DNA from: Candidatus Obscuribacterales bacterium
Lineage (GTDB): Bacteria > Cyanobacteriota > Vampirovibrionia > Obscuribacterales > Obscuribacteraceae
Assembly: GCA_965228855.1 (NCBI GenBank)
Contig: CBDDIJ010000002.1
Coordinates: forward strand, 1,568,001-1,632,000
Reading direction: 5' to 3'
DNA length: 64,000 bases
Numbering within the stretch: the stretch's first letter is position 1; the number at the start of each line of letters is the position of its first letter. Below the pieces are notes generated by a model, which saw only the letters and a list, made by a program, of their open reading frames with translations, did no database searches and had not been told where the DNA came from. Position numbers and translations under genes: made by a program. This document shows positions 1 to 9,400 of the stretch, piece after piece.

Positions 1-604
1 CCTCCAGTGTCATGCCCTCGTTGTAGTCCAGCACCATATATGGTGTACCAGATGAAGTTGCACCGAAATCTAAAATGCTTACGATGTTGGGATGAGCAAG
101 AATACTCAAGACTTTTGCTTCATTATGAAAAGCAATAAGAAAGTTGGGGCGCGCGACGTGCAGTGTCTTAACAACTACTCGCTTCTGAAGTAAGCGATCC
201 CTGCATTGATAGACGGTTCCGGCTGCACCTTTGCCGAGCAAAGTTATTGGTTTGTATCTTTCGAGTGGAAATTTGTCGGCATCAACATCGAGTTCAACTT
301 CATTCTCTTCTTCATGAGTGAGTACTGCCGGCGCGGATGCATTTCCATCGGAGCTGGACTGAATGAATTTTGGAACATCACAGGCGCAGAGGTCGGAGCG
401 AAAGATGTATTGAGTGAACGTACCCTTCCGTCCTTCTCGAACACGCTTGCCGCAAAGCGTGCACATGTCGACTGTTTGAGTTTGATCGATGGTTGGCTTT
501 TCCAAACCGCACATGCAAATCGAGAGCCACTGCGTCATTCTGCCCGAACTGTCCGACTTCGTCGGCAGGTGACATCTGGGACAGAGCGGTGTATCGGCGG
601 TCAT
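1..604 (-). CDS. Hanks-type Ser/Thr protein kinase with N-terminal duplicated Cys-rich motif (partial, runs off window start)
   Basis: Not in ORF track. Manual translation from ATG at 604 gives MTADTPLCPRC...ERYKPITLLGKGAAGTVYQCRDRLLQKRVVVKTL...FHNEAKVLSILAHPNIVSILDFG...PYMVLDY. This shows the Gly loop, VAIK-like Lys, alphaC Glu and HPNIV motif, and the frame is open to the window edge. Confidence 0.9.
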   Translation of the reverse strand, partial: MTADTPLCPRCHLPTKSDSSGRMTQWLSICMCGLEKPTIDQTQTVDMCTLCGKRVREGRKGTFTQYIFRSDLCACDVPKFIQSSSDGNASAPAVLTHEEENEVELDVDADKFPLERYKPITLLGKGAAGTVYQCRDRLLQKRVVVKTLHVARPNFLIAFHNEAKVLSILAHPNIVSILDFGATSSGTPYMVLDYNEGMTLE

Positions 605-771
605 GTTAACGGTTCGCTCAGCAGGGAGGCGTTGCAATAATATGCCTCAATTTTGCTTTATGTACTACAAGTGTATGTGTTGCAGTTATATGAAATCGAG
701 GATACTTAATTTCAGGATCTGGCATTTGAAGGCATCTTCTTCTAATCTAATAGCAGATGCGTTAGTGGGAA

Positions 772-3756
772 TTGGCTGTGGCTCCGATAGTTGGTCAGGG
801 CAAACCAAGCAAAGAAGCTTTACTTGTGGGCATGCGCAAAGCCCTCAATGTCGAGCGGCGCTCGCGCTACTCGGATTTCCACGGAAAACGTAGCACGTTT
901 TCCCAATACATGAGACAAACCGCGGCGACTCTAGCCCGGATATATCCAATGGATTCAACCTGGGTGACAATTCGCGGGTTGTTTCGGCAATATCCGAATT
1001 CGGATCTTCCGACTCGTATCTCGATCATTCAGCGAGCCGACGAATTGCTGGAGCCGCATCTCGATATTTTTGCGGAACAATTACGCCAGCGCAAGAAAGA
1101 GTTGACCGAGTCTGAAATTAAGTCTCAGGGCGGCAGGGGAGAAACCGACATCGTTGAAGGCGCGGCAATTGTTGACGGCGATGATGCCGAATACAGTCCG
1201 GCGGGTGCCATCACAGGTGGTGACGGCGATGGCGGTTTAGAAGTCGCCAATGAGAGCGATTACGACGATCCAGTCAAGAAAGCCGTTGACCGGGCAGCTG
1301 TGAGAGCCGCGCAGAGTCGGATTGAAGAGTATGAAAGAAAGATCCGTGAGGCACGCGAGCGCGAACTGAAAGCGCAGGAGGCCCGCGAGCGAGAGGCTCA
1401 GCAGAAAGAACTTAGGGAGAAACAGGAACGCCTGGCGCGGCAAAAGGAAATTTACGAGAAAGAAGAACGCCTGGCACTGCAGAAGGAACTGCAAAACGAG
1501 GCGCGAGCGGCTCAGCAGAAGGGGCCCTACAAAGACGGAGAAGCGCAACAGGCGGAACCGCGCAGAGATGAACGAGCGGCGCAGCAGAAGGATTCTTCCG
1601 ATAAGCAGTACCGCGTGGCGGGCAACGTTTCTAAAAATCCTGAGGACGTAAGCGTGCAGTGGGTTAAGGGCGTTGGTCCGAAATTGGCTGCTGTTCTCGG
1701 CAAGTTGAACATTAAGACTGTCTCGGAATTGCTGCGCCACTATCCGCGGAGGCACCTCGATTTCCAGAATCGACTGTTGATTCGCGATCTGGAAGAAGGT
1801 CAGGAAGTTAGTATCTTCGGCATGATCCGGTCTGTTAGCGCTTATCAGGCTAAGAATCGCAATATGTCGATTTTGACTGTTGTGATTTCCGACAATACCG
1901 GCATTATAACTATCACGAGGTTTGTTGGCGGCAAGTCTAACAAATATCTGCTGGACAGATACAAGGCGCAATTTCCGAAAGGCGCTCAGGTCCTCGCTTC
2001 TGGCGTTGTTGAACGTGATCAGTACAAGGGCAATTTAACGCTTAAGAATTCCGAAGTCGAGATTCTTGGTTTGGTGTCCGATGGTGAGGAGGACCAGCAA
2101 GCCAGTCTCCATGCTGGTCGCCTCGTGCCTGTCTATCCGTTGACCGATGGTCTTTCGCTTCGCTATTTGCGAACGGTTATGAATAATGCTCTGGAGCAGT
2201 ATTCGCGCTACATCGTCGATCCCCTGCCGGAGGCATTCCGCGAAGAATACAATCTCTTGGAGCTTACCGAAGCTCTTCGCGGAATTCACTTTCCTGATAC
2301 TCCCGAGATTAAGGATGCTGCGCGCCGCAGGCTGGTGTTCGATGAGCTGTTTACCATTCAATTGCAGCTTGCGCATCGGCGATATCAGTTTGATCAAGAG
2401 AATCAAAACGCGCTCGCGCTGACTTTTGCCGAAGACGGTCTCGTGACGAAGATGATTGAAACGTTGCCGTTTAAACTCACCGGGGCGCAAAATAGAGTGT
2501 TCGCTGAGATTGCGCGCGACCTCACGTCTTCTAAGCCGATGCACCGGCTCGTTCAAGGCGATGTCGGATCTGGTAAAACGGTTGTCGCCCTTCTGTCCTG
2601 TCTCATGGCGATCGACAATGGCTTCCAGGCAGCAATGATGGCGCCAACCGAAATTCTTGCGGAGCAGCATTTCCGTCAGTTCCAGCGTTTGCTGACGCCA
2701 CTCGGATTGAAGTGTGCTCTGGTGCTCGGTAAGCAGGGAGTGAAGGAACGTCGGGCTGTGCGCCAGGAGATTCTTGCCGGTCAAGCGCACATCGCCGTCG
2801 GCACTCATGCGCTTCTCGAAGATGACGTCGAGTTTCGAAACCTTGGCTTAATTGTGATTGACGAACAACATCGCTTTGGTGTGAAACAGCGCGCGCGTTT
2901 GAAAGCGAAAAGTTTGAACCCTGAACTGCTCACCATGACTGCGACTCCGATTCCACGAACGCTCGCCATGACCATGCACGGCGACCTCGATGTTTCCGAA
3001 ATCGATGAACTTCCGCCAGGGCGAAAACCAATCGAGACCAAAGCCTGCACACCTGCTCAGCGCGGTAAGGTCTGGGATTTCATTGTGAAGGAAATCGAGA
3101 AAGGCCGGCAAGCGTATGTGGTTTTCCCGCTGATTGATGAGTCGGAGAGCCTCTCTGCGAAGGCGGCGACAAAAGAATTCGAGAAGCTCAAGAGCGAATT
3201 TCCGAATCTCCGCTTTGGTTTGATGCATGGAAAACTGAAGGCGGACCAGAAAGACGAAGAGATGGACAAATTCCGCAAGCATGAGTATGACGTGCTGGTT
3301 TCGACCACCGTTATTGAAGTCGGTGTGGATGTTCCGAACTCCTCTGTGATGATGATTGAAAATGCCGACCGTTTTGGTTTAGCTCAGCTGCACCAGCTGC
3401 GGGGGCGCGTCGGTCGTGGTGCCGAGCAATCATATTGCTTCCTGGTCTCGGAGATGAAGAGTCAGACCACGCGAGAACGGCTGGAAATCATGACTTTGAC
3501 AAACGATGGATTCGTTGTGGCAGAAAAGGATTTGGAACTGCGAGGACCGGGAGAATTTCTCGGTTACAGGCAGAGTGGTCTTCCCGACCTGATCCTTGCT
3601 GACCTCGTGAAGGATGCGAGCATTTTAGAGGAGGCGCGCAACGTCGCTATTGCGGTTGTGCGGAACGACCCGGAACTCTCCAAGAATCCGGAGCTTCGCA
3701 AGCTTCTAGAACGCAAGGCGTCCTCGCATGAGGCTGAGATTATGCGCTCTGGCTAA
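772..3756 (+). CDS. recG: ATP-dependent DNA helicase RecG with long N-terminal extension
   Basis: QGDVGSGKT (Walker A), MAPTEILAEQH, DEQHRFG, MTATPIPRTL, QLHQLRGRVGRG and DLELRGPGE. Wedge/OB domain follows VKGVGPK. Exact start codon uncertain. Confidence 0.97.
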   Translation: MAVAPIVGQGKPSKEALLVGMRKALNVERRSRYSDFHGKRSTFSQYMRQTAATLARIYPMDSTWVTIRGLFRQYPNSDLPTRISIIQRADELLEPHLDIFAEQLRQRKKELTESEIKSQGGRGETDIVEGAAIVDGDDAEYSPAGAITGGDGDGGLEVANESDYDDPVKKAVDRAAVRAAQSRIEEYERKIREARERELKAQEAREREAQQKELREKQERLARQKEIYEKEERLALQKELQNEARAAQQKGPYKDGEAQQAEPRRDERAAQQKDSSDKQYRVAGNVSKNPEDVSVQWVKGVGPKLAAVLGKLNIKTVSELLRHYPRRHLDFQNRLLIRDLEEGQEVSIFGMIRSVSAYQAKNRNMSILTVVISDNTGIITITRFVGGKSNKYLLDRYKAQFPKGAQVLASGVVERDQYKGNLTLKNSEVEILGLVSDGEEDQQASLHAGRLVPVYPLTDGLSLRYLRTVMNNALEQYSRYIVDPLPEAFREEYNLLELTEALRGIHFPDTPEIKDAARRRLVFDELFTIQLQLAHRRYQFDQENQNALALTFAEDGLVTKMIETLPFKLTGAQNRVFAEIARDLTSSKPMHRLVQGDVGSGKTVVALLSCLMAIDNGFQAAMMAPTEILAEQHFRQFQRLLTPLGLKCALVLGKQGVKERRAVRQEILAGQAHIAVGTHALLEDDVEFRNLGLIVIDEQHRFGVKQRARLKAKSLNPELLTMTATPIPRTLAMTMHGDLDVSEIDELPPGRKPIETKACTPAQRGKVWDFIVKEIEKGRQAYVVFPLIDESESLSAKAATKEFEKLKSEFPNLRFGLMHGKLKADQKDEEMDKFRKHEYDVLVSTTVIEVGVDVPNSSVMMIENADRFGLAQLHQLRGRVGRGAEQSYCFLVSEMKSQTTRERLEIMTLTNDGFVVAEKDLELRGPGEFLGYRQSGLPDLILADLVKDASILEEARNVAIAVVRNDPELSKNPELRKLLERKASSHEAEIMRSG

Positions 3757-3828
3757 TGGGCGTGGATAAGTAGGTCGGGTTGGATTGGTCTGGCTAGTGG
3801 GCTTGATTAGTAGGTCTGGTTTACTGGG
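3748..3828. repeat. Degenerate ~40-41 bp tandem duplication overlapping the recG stop codon
   Basis: tctggctaatgggcgtggataagtaggtcgggttggattgg is followed by tctggctagtgggcttgattagtaggtctggtttactggg. Confidence 0.6.
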
Positions 3829-4077
3829 TCCGTTTGCAGTCGTGGCTGAAAGTGAGCAGTCTTGCTATGTTCTTTCGCTGAGAGTGGTCAGTCTGTCGTT
3901 CTCGCCTTAGGTACCTGAAAGTTCTGAGGGGCATATTTTGTTACGGATTATTCCAGCTGGTGCTACTCCGGAGGGAGATCTAGCTGAGCAGCGGGATAGT
4001 TCGAATGGTAAATCTCAGCGTTCATTTAGTAGGGAGTGGGTACATGATCGTAGTCACTTGTGCGAGTATTTTATTCG

Positions 4078-5532
4078 ATGAAAAACAAAGTGCTTCTTCT
4101 TGCCGCACTTCTGTCGTTATCCGTAAGTTTTGAAACCTGCGCCTTTGCCTTCGATGCGCCTCAGCTTTCCATTAAGAGCAGCGATGTTGTTTCGCAGCTG
4201 GAAGCGCATATGGCGCCGTTGTTGAAGCAATATTTTCCGAGAGCGGTTGTGAAGAAAACATCCGAGTCGTACAACGTCGAGTTTAAGGCTGCGAAATTTG
4301 CCACCATTGACGGTGGTATGCTTTTGACACCAAAAACTGATGGTATCGTATTTGATGTCGCTGTAAAACCAGGAAAGTACAAGGGCAAGCAGATGCTGCC
4401 CTTAACTACGAACGAAACTCTGTACTATTCAATCTTGTGGGTGGTTTCATCGCCGGCGGAAAACAATCATGTGGTTGTTAGACTTTTTTGTCCACCCGAC
4501 ATCAACATTTCAATTTCCGATGATCTGCGTGATGCTGTTCAGTCTTTCATAGGTCAGTTGGAAACGAGTGCTGTGCCGAAAGCGGCTTCTGAGGCTAAAG
4601 CGGCGACTGCGGAAAAATCAGAGATTGCGCTGGCATCGGATTCTGCGAAAACGGCGACTGCGGAGAAATCAGAGATTGCGCTGGCATCGGATTCCACGAA
4701 ATCGGCGACTGCGGAAAAATCGGAGATCGCACCGTCGGAGTTAATGAAGACTGCGAAATCACTAGGCACTGCTTCGGATCTCAAAACCTCTGAAAATAAG
4801 ATATCTGACACGAAGATTTCAAATGATACCTCTGCTGGTGGCGCAGCTTCGCCGAGTGTTACTGCGGTAAGCGGTGGAACTGCAAACTCGGGCAGTTCCG
4901 ATGCCTCGGATAACTCCGCTAGCTCTGCGGGTGCAGTAACAAGTGTTGCTACAACTGCGTCAGCAAGTTCCGGCAAAGATGAGCCAGCGACTGAACTCGA
5001 CCTGAGTGCCTTGAAGGACGTAATTTCCAGTGTTTCCATTCCAAAGTTTTCAGCTGGGACGACGCCGTCCGCTAACGACAACGCTTTCGCGCCAGCTCCG
5101 AAAACGGCGCCAGCAGCCCCGGTCAAGGCTGCAGTAACTCCTCCGAAGGCGCCGCCAAAACCTTCGGCTGCCTACTTCAAAACGTGGTTCACTAAGTTCT
5201 ACAAGACGACGGATTCCGCGAATTACGTACAGGATGTGCTTCCGTTTTTCTCCAATGATTTTCATCAGAGCAAGTTGCGAGGCGTGGAGCGGCTAAACGC
5301 TGCTGCCAACAACATGGTCTACAAGCAATTCAAGAAGCAGGTGCACATCTGGAACTGGTCTATCGAAAAAGCGCAGCCGGGTCCGCTCGGCTGCTGGGAT
5401 GTGATAGTTAATGGTCGAACTTTCTCCGGGCATCCGGCGTATTTGATCTATCGCATGGTCGCCGAGGGCGGCACCTGGCGCATCGATAATGCTCGCGGGC
5501 GTTTCTGGACGAGTGGGTCGCGCGAGTTGTAG
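4078..5532 (+). CDS. Secreted hypothetical protein with Ser/Ala-rich linker and small C-terminal domain
   Basis: Signal-peptide-like MKNKVLLLAALLSLSVSFETCAFA from ATG 4078 (track starts at 4060). Globular-looking N and C regions flank a low-complexity linker. Confidence 0.75.
   Translation: MKNKVLLLAALLSLSVSFETCAFAFDAPQLSIKSSDVVSQLEAHMAPLLKQYFPRAVVKKTSESYNVEFKAAKFATIDGGMLLTPKTDGIVFDVAVKPGKYKGKQMLPLTTNETLYYSILWVVSSPAENNHVVVRLFCPPDINISISDDLRDAVQSFIGQLETSAVPKAASEAKAATAEKSEIALASDSAKTATAEKSEIALASDSTKSATAEKSEIAPSELMKTAKSLGTASDLKTSENKISDTKISNDTSAGGAASPSVTAVSGGTANSGSSDASDNSASSAGAVTSVATTASASSGKDEPATELDLSALKDVISSVSIPKFSAGTTPSANDNAFAPAPKTAPAAPVKAAVTPPKAPPKPSAAYFKTWFTKFYKTTDSANYVQDVLPFFSNDFHQSKLRGVERLNAAANNMVYKQFKKQVHIWNWSIEKAQPGPLGCWDVIVNGRTFSGHPAYLIYRMVAEGGTWRIDNARGRFWTSGSREL
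4601..4740 (+). repeat. Intragenic 51-bp (17-aa) tandem repeat, ~2.7 copies
   Basis: Encodes ATAEKSEIALASDSAKT / ATAEKSEIALASDSTKS / ATAEKSEIAPSE. Confidence 0.9.
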
Positions 5533-5772
5533 TGGGATCTACGCGAGCAACTTTAGGTAGCTGAATGGATTTTTGCGAAACTTTTGAGCCGATAAGCCAC
5601 TGTTCAATACAACAGTGGAATTCGTCCGAAAAGAGATAGAATGATTTCAATTAGATCCAACAATCAGCCAAGCCGATTCGTGGAGGGAAGAAACTCCCAA
5701 AAGCAGGAGTGTGAACCGGCGAAGGCTCAGGAGCCGGTTGTTTCATATATCGTGAATCTGATGGAAATTCGA

Positions 5773-6429
5773 ATGAAGATCGTAACGGTATTACTCACAG
5801 CAGTGTGCGCATTTTATTTCGGATTTGCTGGTCCTTCCGAGGCGAAACAGGTAACAGCTTCGTCTCCTCCCTCCGATATCCGCAAAGTAATTGATTATGT
5901 AGATAGTTTCCCTTCTCCGAATGCAGAGCAGCTTGTAATGAAAGCCAAAGCTTTCTACTGGCTAAAGGATTATGCGGCAGCGATCACAGCAATTTCCAAG
6001 TCCATTGAGCTGAAACCCATTCCAAAGTCGTATCTGTTTCGTGCTTCGTATTCTAGGCACCTGGGAAGGTTCGAGGACGGGCTCCGTGACTGCAATAAAG
6101 CGGAACAGCTTGGCTATCGAGGTAGTGACCTATATGAGCTTCGAGGACTAATCCATTTGAGTTTAGGAAATTCTCTACCTGCATTGAAGGATGGAGAGAG
6201 GGCCGTGCAAGTAAGTGAATCAAGCGCCAGTGGTTTTTTCGTCAAAGGAGCCGCAGAATGTCAACTGGGCAAGTTGGAAGAAAGCGTTTCTTCACTGTCT
6301 AAGTCGATTCAAATCTCTTCTCGCGACCCCTCTGTGTTTGAACTCAGGGGCGGGGTTTACCGAAAACTGGGTCGTGAAGAGGAGGCTAGAGCGGATATTC
6401 AGAAAGCTAAAGACATGAAACGTCAGTGA
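5773..6429 (+). CDS. Exported TPR-repeat protein
   Basis: Signal peptide MKIVTVLLTAVCAFYFGFAGPSEA from ATG 5773 (track starts at 5641). TPR consensus repeats, e.g. AAAITAISKSIELKP and ELRGGVYRKLGREEEARADIQKA. Confidence 0.8.
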   Translation: MKIVTVLLTAVCAFYFGFAGPSEAKQVTASSPPSDIRKVIDYVDSFPSPNAEQLVMKAKAFYWLKDYAAAITAISKSIELKPIPKSYLFRASYSRHLGRFEDGLRDCNKAEQLGYRGSDLYELRGLIHLSLGNSLPALKDGERAVQVSESSASGFFVKGAAECQLGKLEESVSSLSKSIQISSRDPSVFELRGGVYRKLGREEEARADIQKAKDMKRQ

Positions 6430-6460
6430 TTTCGTTAGAGGGCGTGGGAATGTCCATAGT

Positions 6461-9400
6461 ATGAGTAAGACCAATCCAGAAAGCGGTGATGGCAAACGCT
6501 CCGGGACCGGAGCGACTCCTGCGGCTAGTGATCTCATGGAATTGTCGAAAATGACTGTCAGAGATCACGTCCAAGAGGCAATAGGGGCGAAAGATGTAAT
6601 TTCTTTTCCGGATGTTCCGGATGCGAAATCCCGGAAGTTGCTTACGGGCGAGAAGGCGAATGAGGCGATTGATCGAAGTCTTGCGAATCCCTCTGAGACC
6701 AACGCTACGAAGATTGAGCGTGGAGTTGAACATAAAAGTGACCTACCCAGCGTCGTCGGTTCTAGAAACGAGCCATTAAGCCCTGCGCTCTCCGCGTTTC
6801 AGAAGGAACCCTTGGGAGATCAGGGAGGCTCAAGAGTTTCTGATAAGCCAGAAGGTGTCAATGCCACTCCAACAGCAGCTCAAGAAGGCTTACGACAAGG
6901 CATACAAACTTCGAATTCGGCAGGCTCAGCGGTGCTTCCGTCCGGTAATTTGAAGAACCAAGAACAAACAATTGAATCTTCAGATGTTGCAAAGGCACCG
7001 GCGAATCGATTAACTGGCAACACTAGCGGCGAGCCGCTGCAACCTGTGGCTAACGGTGGTTCATTATTTTCTGGCTCGTCGGGGCCGTCGTTAGAGGGAG
7101 TCTTAGAGGATGGCGGGACTACTCCCGGAGCTATGAGATCCCGCACCAGTTCCGAAACTGGTGAAAGACCACAAGCTGAGGTCGGTCGAAACGGTGCTGC
7201 TCACGACATTCGCGAACCCTCTAAAATTGGTGCTCAGTCGGGCGAGCGGCGCGACCAGGTTTCTGATCGGATTTCCGAAACCGCGACCAAGCCTAAGTCC
7301 GCAGCAGATGCGAGCGCTCAGCTAGAAGGTTCAGGTGGACCTAGTGTGGTCCCTAAGATCGACTCGCCTTCGCTAAAGCCAGACGTTCATGCCCCGCTCA
7401 CCCCAGAAAACAATAAAGCTCCCCAACCGAGCAACCCGCAAGGAAAGGCGGATACGCCGCAGGTTCCGGCTGGCAAGATTCCGCAGACAATTACGCCTGG
7501 AAGAGATGAAGGAACGCAGAGCGACGGTGTGAAACAACCGGGGCGCGTTCATCTGTCGACGGCTGCCGATGCCGTGCCACCGGCGATAGTAATTGATGGA
7601 AAGCGAAACGAGGTTCAAAGTCCGGCGGTTAAGCCTGGTGTTACCGGTGGTGCCAAAGCCGAGATCCCTACATCAAAGGTCCAAACAGGTGCGACCAAGC
7701 CGAACGCTCCAGGAAACAAGGGGGATGCGGGCAATCCGCCTGGTAAGCCAACAGGTGACGCCCGAACTATTAGAGGTCAGACACCAAGCAGCACGGGCAA
7801 CTCTGAATTTGATCCACGACAAGGTAAACCGCGTGCTGTAAAGCAGACCGATGGGCGAGAACCAGGAACTGAGAAGCCACCGAAATCTCCTTCTTCGATC
7901 GAACCGCCAGCGAAGGTTCCCGGTGCCCGAACCAACGCGACCGACATCGGACAAACTCTTATCGCTAGCGGCAAGACCGATAGCAAGCAGCCCGCAGCGG
8001 AGTCTTCTGTTAAGACAGTTTCTGGTATCAAAAGTGGTGGCGGGCAGTCCGACGCTTCAACACCAGTAGGTCAGAAATCACGCGGTGACGAAGGCAAGCG
8101 CGGTTTGATCGACGGTCAGAAGGCACAGGTTAATGATGGTGGCAGTCGTGGTGTCATCAATGGACAGAAGCCGCATGGCATTGAAGGCGGCGGGCGTGTT
8201 TCGAGTGATGGTCCGAAATCACAGGCAACTGATGGCGGCAAACGCGGCTTAGTAAATGCAGAGCATCAACCCGCTGGCAAGTTTGGACCGCTGGATGCCG
8301 CTCCGGCTGGCATACGGCGCGGTCTTGCAGGCACCAAGCCTGCGAATTCTCCGACGGAAGTCAATGCTGAAAAAGGTTTCGTCAGTAACGGGTTGCGAGG
8401 GACCTCTGAGGCTGGTGTCGGCGGAAAGCGCGGCTCAACTGGTTTTGGACTTGGTGGCGCTAAGCGAGCCGACGGTGGTATCAATCAGGAAGTAAAACAG
8501 GGCTCGCCTCGAATCGGCGATGCATCGTCCGGTCGGCGTCCTCAAATGGAAGGTGCGCGTATTGATGTGGGTAGTGTGCGTGCGGAGGGGCAGACCGGAA
8601 GAGCGGCGAGAGCAGAAGCTGTTTCCGGGCACTCTAATTCCGGTCGCGCGCATGGCGTAGACTCGCCCAGGACTGAGGCAAAGATTGACCCGGGCAAAGT
8701 GGGTAGCGCACTAGGCGAAATCATCAAAACAAATGTGACTGGTGTCAAATATGGTGCAAATGAGGGTGCCAAAGCTGGCACCGGTGAAGGACTGAAAGGC
8801 GGCGCAGCCAGCAGTAAAGGAAGTGGCGCGCGGGAGACCGTTAACAGCGGCAAGAGCGAGTCCGCTGAGGGTGGCAAAGCTCCATCACCGAAAGGCGACA
8901 AAGCCCAGTCGCCGAGGGGCGACAAAGCCCAATCGCCGAAGGGCGACAAAGCCCAATCGCCGACGGGCGATAAAGCCCAATCACCGAAGAGCGATCCAGC
9001 GGATTTCGTGAAGAATCCCGCGGCTGAGTCCGTCAGGCCCGGTTTGATAAATGCTGGGAAACAGGGGCAGCGAGTTCCTCCTGAGAGAACCGTCGTCGGT
9101 GGTGTTGTCGATGCGTCAACACCGAAGACTCCTGGTGAGGGCCCGACTAGAAGAGTTTCCGCTGATGGCACCACCAAGAAGGGACCTGCTGAGGTTCCGA
9201 GCAAGAAGGGACCATTTGAACTGGCTCCCGGAAGTTTGGAGCCTAAACCGAATTTGACTGTGCGGCCCAAACCGCCAGCAGCGCTTCCGCAGGCGGAGAA
9301 TCCGCATGGTATCGTCCGTGGTGACAAGTTTACTGCCAAGCCGTTGTCTCCAACAAAGCAACCGCTTGAGCCAGGTAAACCTCTTGCAACGAAAGGCGAA

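Noticed and set aside
206..640. Plus-strand 144-aa ORF and other short ORFs in 206-893
   Set aside because: They are shadows of the minus-strand kinase (1-604) and of the recG start.
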